DNA from: an uncultured Candidatus Saccharibacteria bacterium
Lineage (GTDB): Bacteria > Patescibacteriota > Saccharimonadia > Saccharimonadales > UBA4665
Assembly (NCBI GenBank): GCA_964426605.1
Contig: CAYRQK010000001.1
Coordinates: forward strand, 16,419 to 80,418
DNA length: 64,000 bases
Reading direction: 5' to 3'
Shown: in pieces, positions 62,535-64,000 of the stretch
How positions within the stretch are numbered: position 1 is the first letter of the stretch
Layout: each line of letters starts with the position of its first letter
Made by a program: the position numbers and the translations under genes
Notes under the pieces: generated by a model
What the model was told of the DNA's origin: nothing
Databases searched by the model: none
The model's input: only the letters and a program-made list of their open reading frames with translations

Positions 62535-63095
62535 CTAGGTGTGCATGAACGGCTCGGTTGCAGCCAGCACTTGCGTGTAAAAGGCGTATGTTGGTTCGAT
62601 ACGCCCTAAGTGCTTGATACGATGAGCGCGCAGAAGTCGCTTGAGTTCCCGGACCGTAATAAACTTGCTCCACTCGACCTCTTCGCGCTGGGCGTGTATA
62701 TCCACGGTGTGGTCCGGCAAGACCACGACGTAGATATATATAAAAGCTCGATCTTTTTTGTGCTGCGCGGGCCATGCGCGATTTTTGCGGTGAATAGTCA
62801 CGAAGTGCAGGGCACCTTTCCTTATATCCAGTCCAACCTCTTCGCGTACCTCGCGGATGGCGGCCTCCTCGGGTGTTTCATCGCTGTCAACGAAACCGCC
62901 TACCGAAAAATCGAGGAATCCCGGATGCATGCGCATAGCCGTCGAGCGCTTCTGGATCAATATGTACCCGGTCCGAGTACAGACAACCACGTGAACCCCG
63001 CGGTGCCACAGGCCTTTTATGAGCGCATCATTAATCTCGGAAGTTTGCCCGGTAGGTTGATTGTTCTTATCGACGATATCTATTTTGTTTGGCAT
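62535..63095 (-). CDS. NUDIX hydrolase
   Basis: Nudix box GGFVDSDETPEEAAIREVREEVGL. It starts 25 nt downstream of tRNA-Arg, with no obvious promoter of its own. Confidence 0.85.
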   Translation of the reverse strand: MPNKIDIVDKNNQPTGQTSEINDALIKGLWHRGVHVVVCTRTGYILIQKRSTAMRMHPGFLDFSVGGFVDSDETPEEAAIREVREEVGLDIRKGALHFVTIHRKNRAWPAQHKKDRAFIYIYVVVLPDHTVDIHAQREEVEWSKFITVRELKRLLRAHRIKHLGRIEPTYAFYTQVLAATEPFMHT

Positions 63096-63120
63096 ATAAA
63101 TAAGTTCGAATTTGGATGTA

Positions 63121-63197
63121 TGGTGCCCCGGGGTGGATTCGAACCACCGACCTTAGGCTTAGAAGTCCTCTGCTCTATCCAGCTGAGCTACCAGGGC
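63121..63197 (-). tRNA. tRNA-Arg (TCT)
   Basis: The reverse complement is GCCCTGGTAGCTCAGCTGGATAGAGCAGAGGACTTCTAAGCCTAAGGTCGGTGGTTCGAATCCACCCCGGGGCACCA. The anticodon loop is CTTCTAA. The anticodon stem has only 3 Watson-Crick pairs. Confidence 0.8.
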
Positions 63198-63212
63198 GAG
63201 CACCATTGCTTG

Positions 63213-63287
63213 TGGTGCGGGTGCGGAGAGTCGAACTCCGATCACCAGTTTGGAAAACTGGGATAATAACCGCTATACGACACCCGC
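63213..63287 (-). tRNA. tRNA-Gly (TCC)
   Basis: The reverse complement is GCGGGTGTCGTATAGCGGTTATTATCCCAGTTTTCCAAACTGGTGATCGGAGTTCGACTCTCCGCACCCGCACCA. The anticodon loop is TTTCCAA. Confidence 0.9.
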
Positions 63288-63289
63288 CT

Positions 63290-63376
63290 AACAGGGGTGA
63301 TTATAGCGTAAGGACGGAGGTAATGCAAAGTGTAATCTGTTATTATTGAGTACCGAAAGTTGTCTCGAAAAGATAA
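63290..63376 (-). promoter_or_regulatory. promoter module upstream of tRNA-Gly/tRNA-Arg
   Basis: The minus strand reads TTATCTTTTCGAGACAA...GGTACTCAA...TTGCAT-17 nt-TATAAT (63305..63300)-CACCCCTGTT. The tRNA 5' end lies 12 nt after the -10. Confidence 0.6.
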
Positions 63377-63380
63377 CAGA

Positions 63381-64000
63381 TTAGAGCTCGTGCATGACGG
63401 TGATCTGGGCGCCGAGGCTATTGAGGCGCTCTGCCAAATCTTCGTAGCCACGCTGAATAGTGTAGATATTGCGCAGGATGCTGGTGCCGTGCGCCGCTAG
63501 CATACCAATGAGTAGCAAGCTGGCTGGCCGCAGTGCTGGTGGGCACACCACGTCGGCCTTGGTGAATCTGGTTGGACCATCGACGTACAGACGGTGTGGG
63601 TCGGCTAGCTCCACCGTGGCACCGACCTTGGTCATCTCTGTGTAATAAATGGCGCGGTTTTCGTACATCCAATCATGGATCAATGTTCTGCCATGCGCCA
63701 CGCAGGCAATGGGCACAAAGTAGGGCAAATTGTCGGCATTGATGCCCGGATAGGGGTTAGAATGGATCTTTTCGGCCAAGGATCGCAGTTTGCCACCGTG
63801 CTTGTGGATGGTCAAATCGACCAAGTCGGTTTGACCATTGGCGGCCTTATAGCGTTCGGTTTCGTCGAACTCTAGGCCCATCTTTTTGAGCTTTTGGAGC
63901 TCCATGGCCATAAAGTTGATCGGCACCCGCTCAATGGTGATTTTGGAGTCTGTTGTCACGGCTGCCGATGTAAAGAACATTGCCTCGATGGGGTCTTCGG
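63381..64000 (-). CDS. murA: UDP-N-acetylglucosamine 1-carboxyvinyltransferase MurA (C-terminal part; the gene continues beyond the window)
   Basis: The C-terminus ...LLIGMLAAHGTSILRNIYTIQRGYEDLAERLNSLGAQITVMHEL is typical of MurA. The frame is open to the window edge. Confidence 0.9.
   Translation of the reverse strand, partial: EDPIEAMFFTSAAVTTDSKITIERVPINFMAMELQKLKKMGLEFDETERYKAANGQTDLVDLTIHKHGGKLRSLAEKIHSNPYPGINADNLPYFVPIACVAHGRTLIHDWMYENRAIYYTEMTKVGATVELADPHRLYVDGPTRFTKADVVCPPALRPASLLLIGMLAAHGTSILRNIYTIQRGYEDLAERLNSLGAQITVMHEL

Overview
This 64-kb window is densely packed, mostly housekeeping chromosome from a small-genome, Gram-positive-type bacterium. Sortases, a secretin-less type IV pilus operon, a short ComEC, short TsaB and HrcA, and many small orphan ORFs point to a Saccharibacteria/CPR-like organism; that assignment is inference only.

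Recognisable core genes:
- tilS-ftsH, murJ, lepA, bcp, gmk
- hrcA-grpE-dnaK-dnaJ, with four CIRCE operators
- yebC-ruvC-ruvA-ruvB, recA-recX, tsaE-tsaB
- rny-(CYTH)-ymdB, and partial murA

Other recognisable content:
- A 9-kb pilB-pilC-pilA-minor pilin-pilMNO operon.
- comEC and a VirD4/HerA-like ATPase.
- Two class-F-like sortases, one next to an Asp-box propeller that carries a C-terminal sorting signal.
- A TPCP-type P1B ATPase.
- Seven tRNA genes.

A mosaic, AT-richer accessory stretch runs from about 22.9 to 31.8 kb around tRNA-Lys. It contains two ATP-grasp ligases, an S51 peptidase, a decayed nucleoside phosphorylase pseudogene and the sortase cassette.

Structure not explained by the genes:
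1. A RAYT (REP-associated HUH/Y1 transposase) gene is bracketed by perfect palindromes with core TCTAGAGGTC(G/C)GACCTCTAGA. These recur downstream of ftsH and, in frame, inside lepA.
2. Tandem ~68-nt promoter modules sit upstream of most of the tRNA transcription units. Five of the six units (all but tRNA-Lys) share TAyAAT followed directly by a CnCyyCTGTT discriminator.
3. An ~80-nt two-hairpin element occurs in the pilC-pilA spacer and again abutting tRNA-Pro.
4. A split copy of the tRNA-Pro 3' half lies downstream of that tRNA.
5. Paralogous 36-nt motif plus terminator units carrying CCUCC bracket the sortase cassette.
6. About twenty genes have a -10 hexamer 6-10 nt upstream of the start codon, which suggests widespread leaderless mRNAs.

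I found no CRISPR array, rRNA, integrase or prophage.
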